DNA of 64,000 bases, from NCBI GenBank assembly GCA_963806855.1, contig CAWDYW010000001.1:1088001-1152000 (forward strand). Reading direction: 5' to 3'. This DNA is from an uncultured Verrucomicrobiae bacterium (GTDB lineage Bacteria; Chlamydiota; Chlamydiia; Chlamydiales; Rhabdochlamydiaceae). This document shows, piece by piece, positions 63,313-64,000 of this stretch. Below the pieces are notes generated by a model. That model was not told where the DNA came from and ran no database searches. It saw only the letters and a program-made list of their open reading frames with translations. A program made the position numbers and the translations under genes. The number at the start of each line of letters is the position of its first letter. Position 1 is the first letter of the stretch.

Positions 63313-64000
63313 TCAGACCTCAAGGTTTCACAGGGGTTAAGACGAGCCGCTTTGATCGCAGGAAAAAGGCCGGCGACGAGGGCCAGGATCGGAGTGGCGA
63401 TGGCGGCGAAGAGGAGCGCGCGAGGGCTGATCTCGTGGGGCAGCGACTGACCGAAAAATTGGGCGTTAAAAGCCTCATGCCCTTGCAGCATGCTGAGGAA
63501 GGCGACCAGGTGGTCGATATTTCTTAACGTGATGAAGGCGAGGAAAAGTCCAAGGAGGCAACTGAAGAGGCCTAAAGATGCCCCGCTAAAGGCGAAGATG
63601 GCGGCGATACTGCTCCGCTTGGCACCCATGGCCCGCAGGATGCCGATCTCTTCTTTTTGTCGGAGACCAGTAGAACTAAAAGGGAGATAATGTTGGTGCA
63701 GGCGACAACCAGAATGATCATCCCGATGAGGGAGAAGAGGTATTTATCGCTCTCAAATTGCAGCATCAGATCTTTGGCAAATTCATATTCGCGGAAGGTC
63801 TGCACTTTCCAGTATTTCTCGAGCCCCTTTTCCTGGAGCTTTTGCAGAATGGCCGCTTTGATTTTCGGCGCATCTTTGAGATTGGGGAACCAGACGAAGA
63901 TGTTGTTGGCTTCCGAACGATCGAGCGTGAAGGCACTTTCCGAAGCGTTGATCGCGCGGGTGATTTTCGAGGGGACGAGGATACATTTGTTGCCAACGGC
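63309..64000 (-). CDS. Lipoprotein-releasing ABC permease LolC/E, 3' part, one frameshift near 63650
   Basis: IILVVACTNIISLLVLLVSDKK / EIGILRAMGA...PAIKAARLNP; adjacent to lolD. Confidence 0.85.

Noticed and set aside
63572..63670. Split lolC/E permease
   Set aside because: A single missing base in an A/G-rich run (DKKKEIGIL); most likely a sequencing error

Overview
Chromosomal segment of an environmental chlamydia (phylum Chlamydiota). The assignment rests on the chlamydial gene orders dciA-gyrB-gyrA-tmk-holB, nadK-dxs-xseB-xseA/tpiA-secG-def and DUF3604-hemolysin-ybeY, and on a PVC-type small basic protein. A GC-richer housekeeping backbone is interrupted by AT-rich patches encoding eukaryote-like candidate effectors: four paralogous F-box proteins, three F-box/LRR/TM proteins, a RING-H2 protein, two tyrosine phosphatases and orphan arrays. 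There are also two toxin-antitoxin systems (Phd-VapC, AbiE). typA, gyrB, gyrA and lolC/E carry frameshifts that are most likely sequencing errors. No rRNA, tRNA, CRISPR array, integrase, transposase or reverse transcriptase was recognised. Three observations stand out. (1) The F-box paralogs end in a short, hypervariable, NNC-codon-rich loop followed by a conserved tail, resembling variable regions of diversity-generating retroelement (DGR) targets; no template or RT is present here, so this is a hypothesis. (2) Three accessory cassettes each sit between a resident gene and a displaced second copy of that gene's 3' end. (3) About five families of miniature palindromic elements are present, several recruited into coding sequence: one inserted in frame in a HEAT-repeat gene, one re-wires the tmk start, and one supplies stop codons to two convergent genes.
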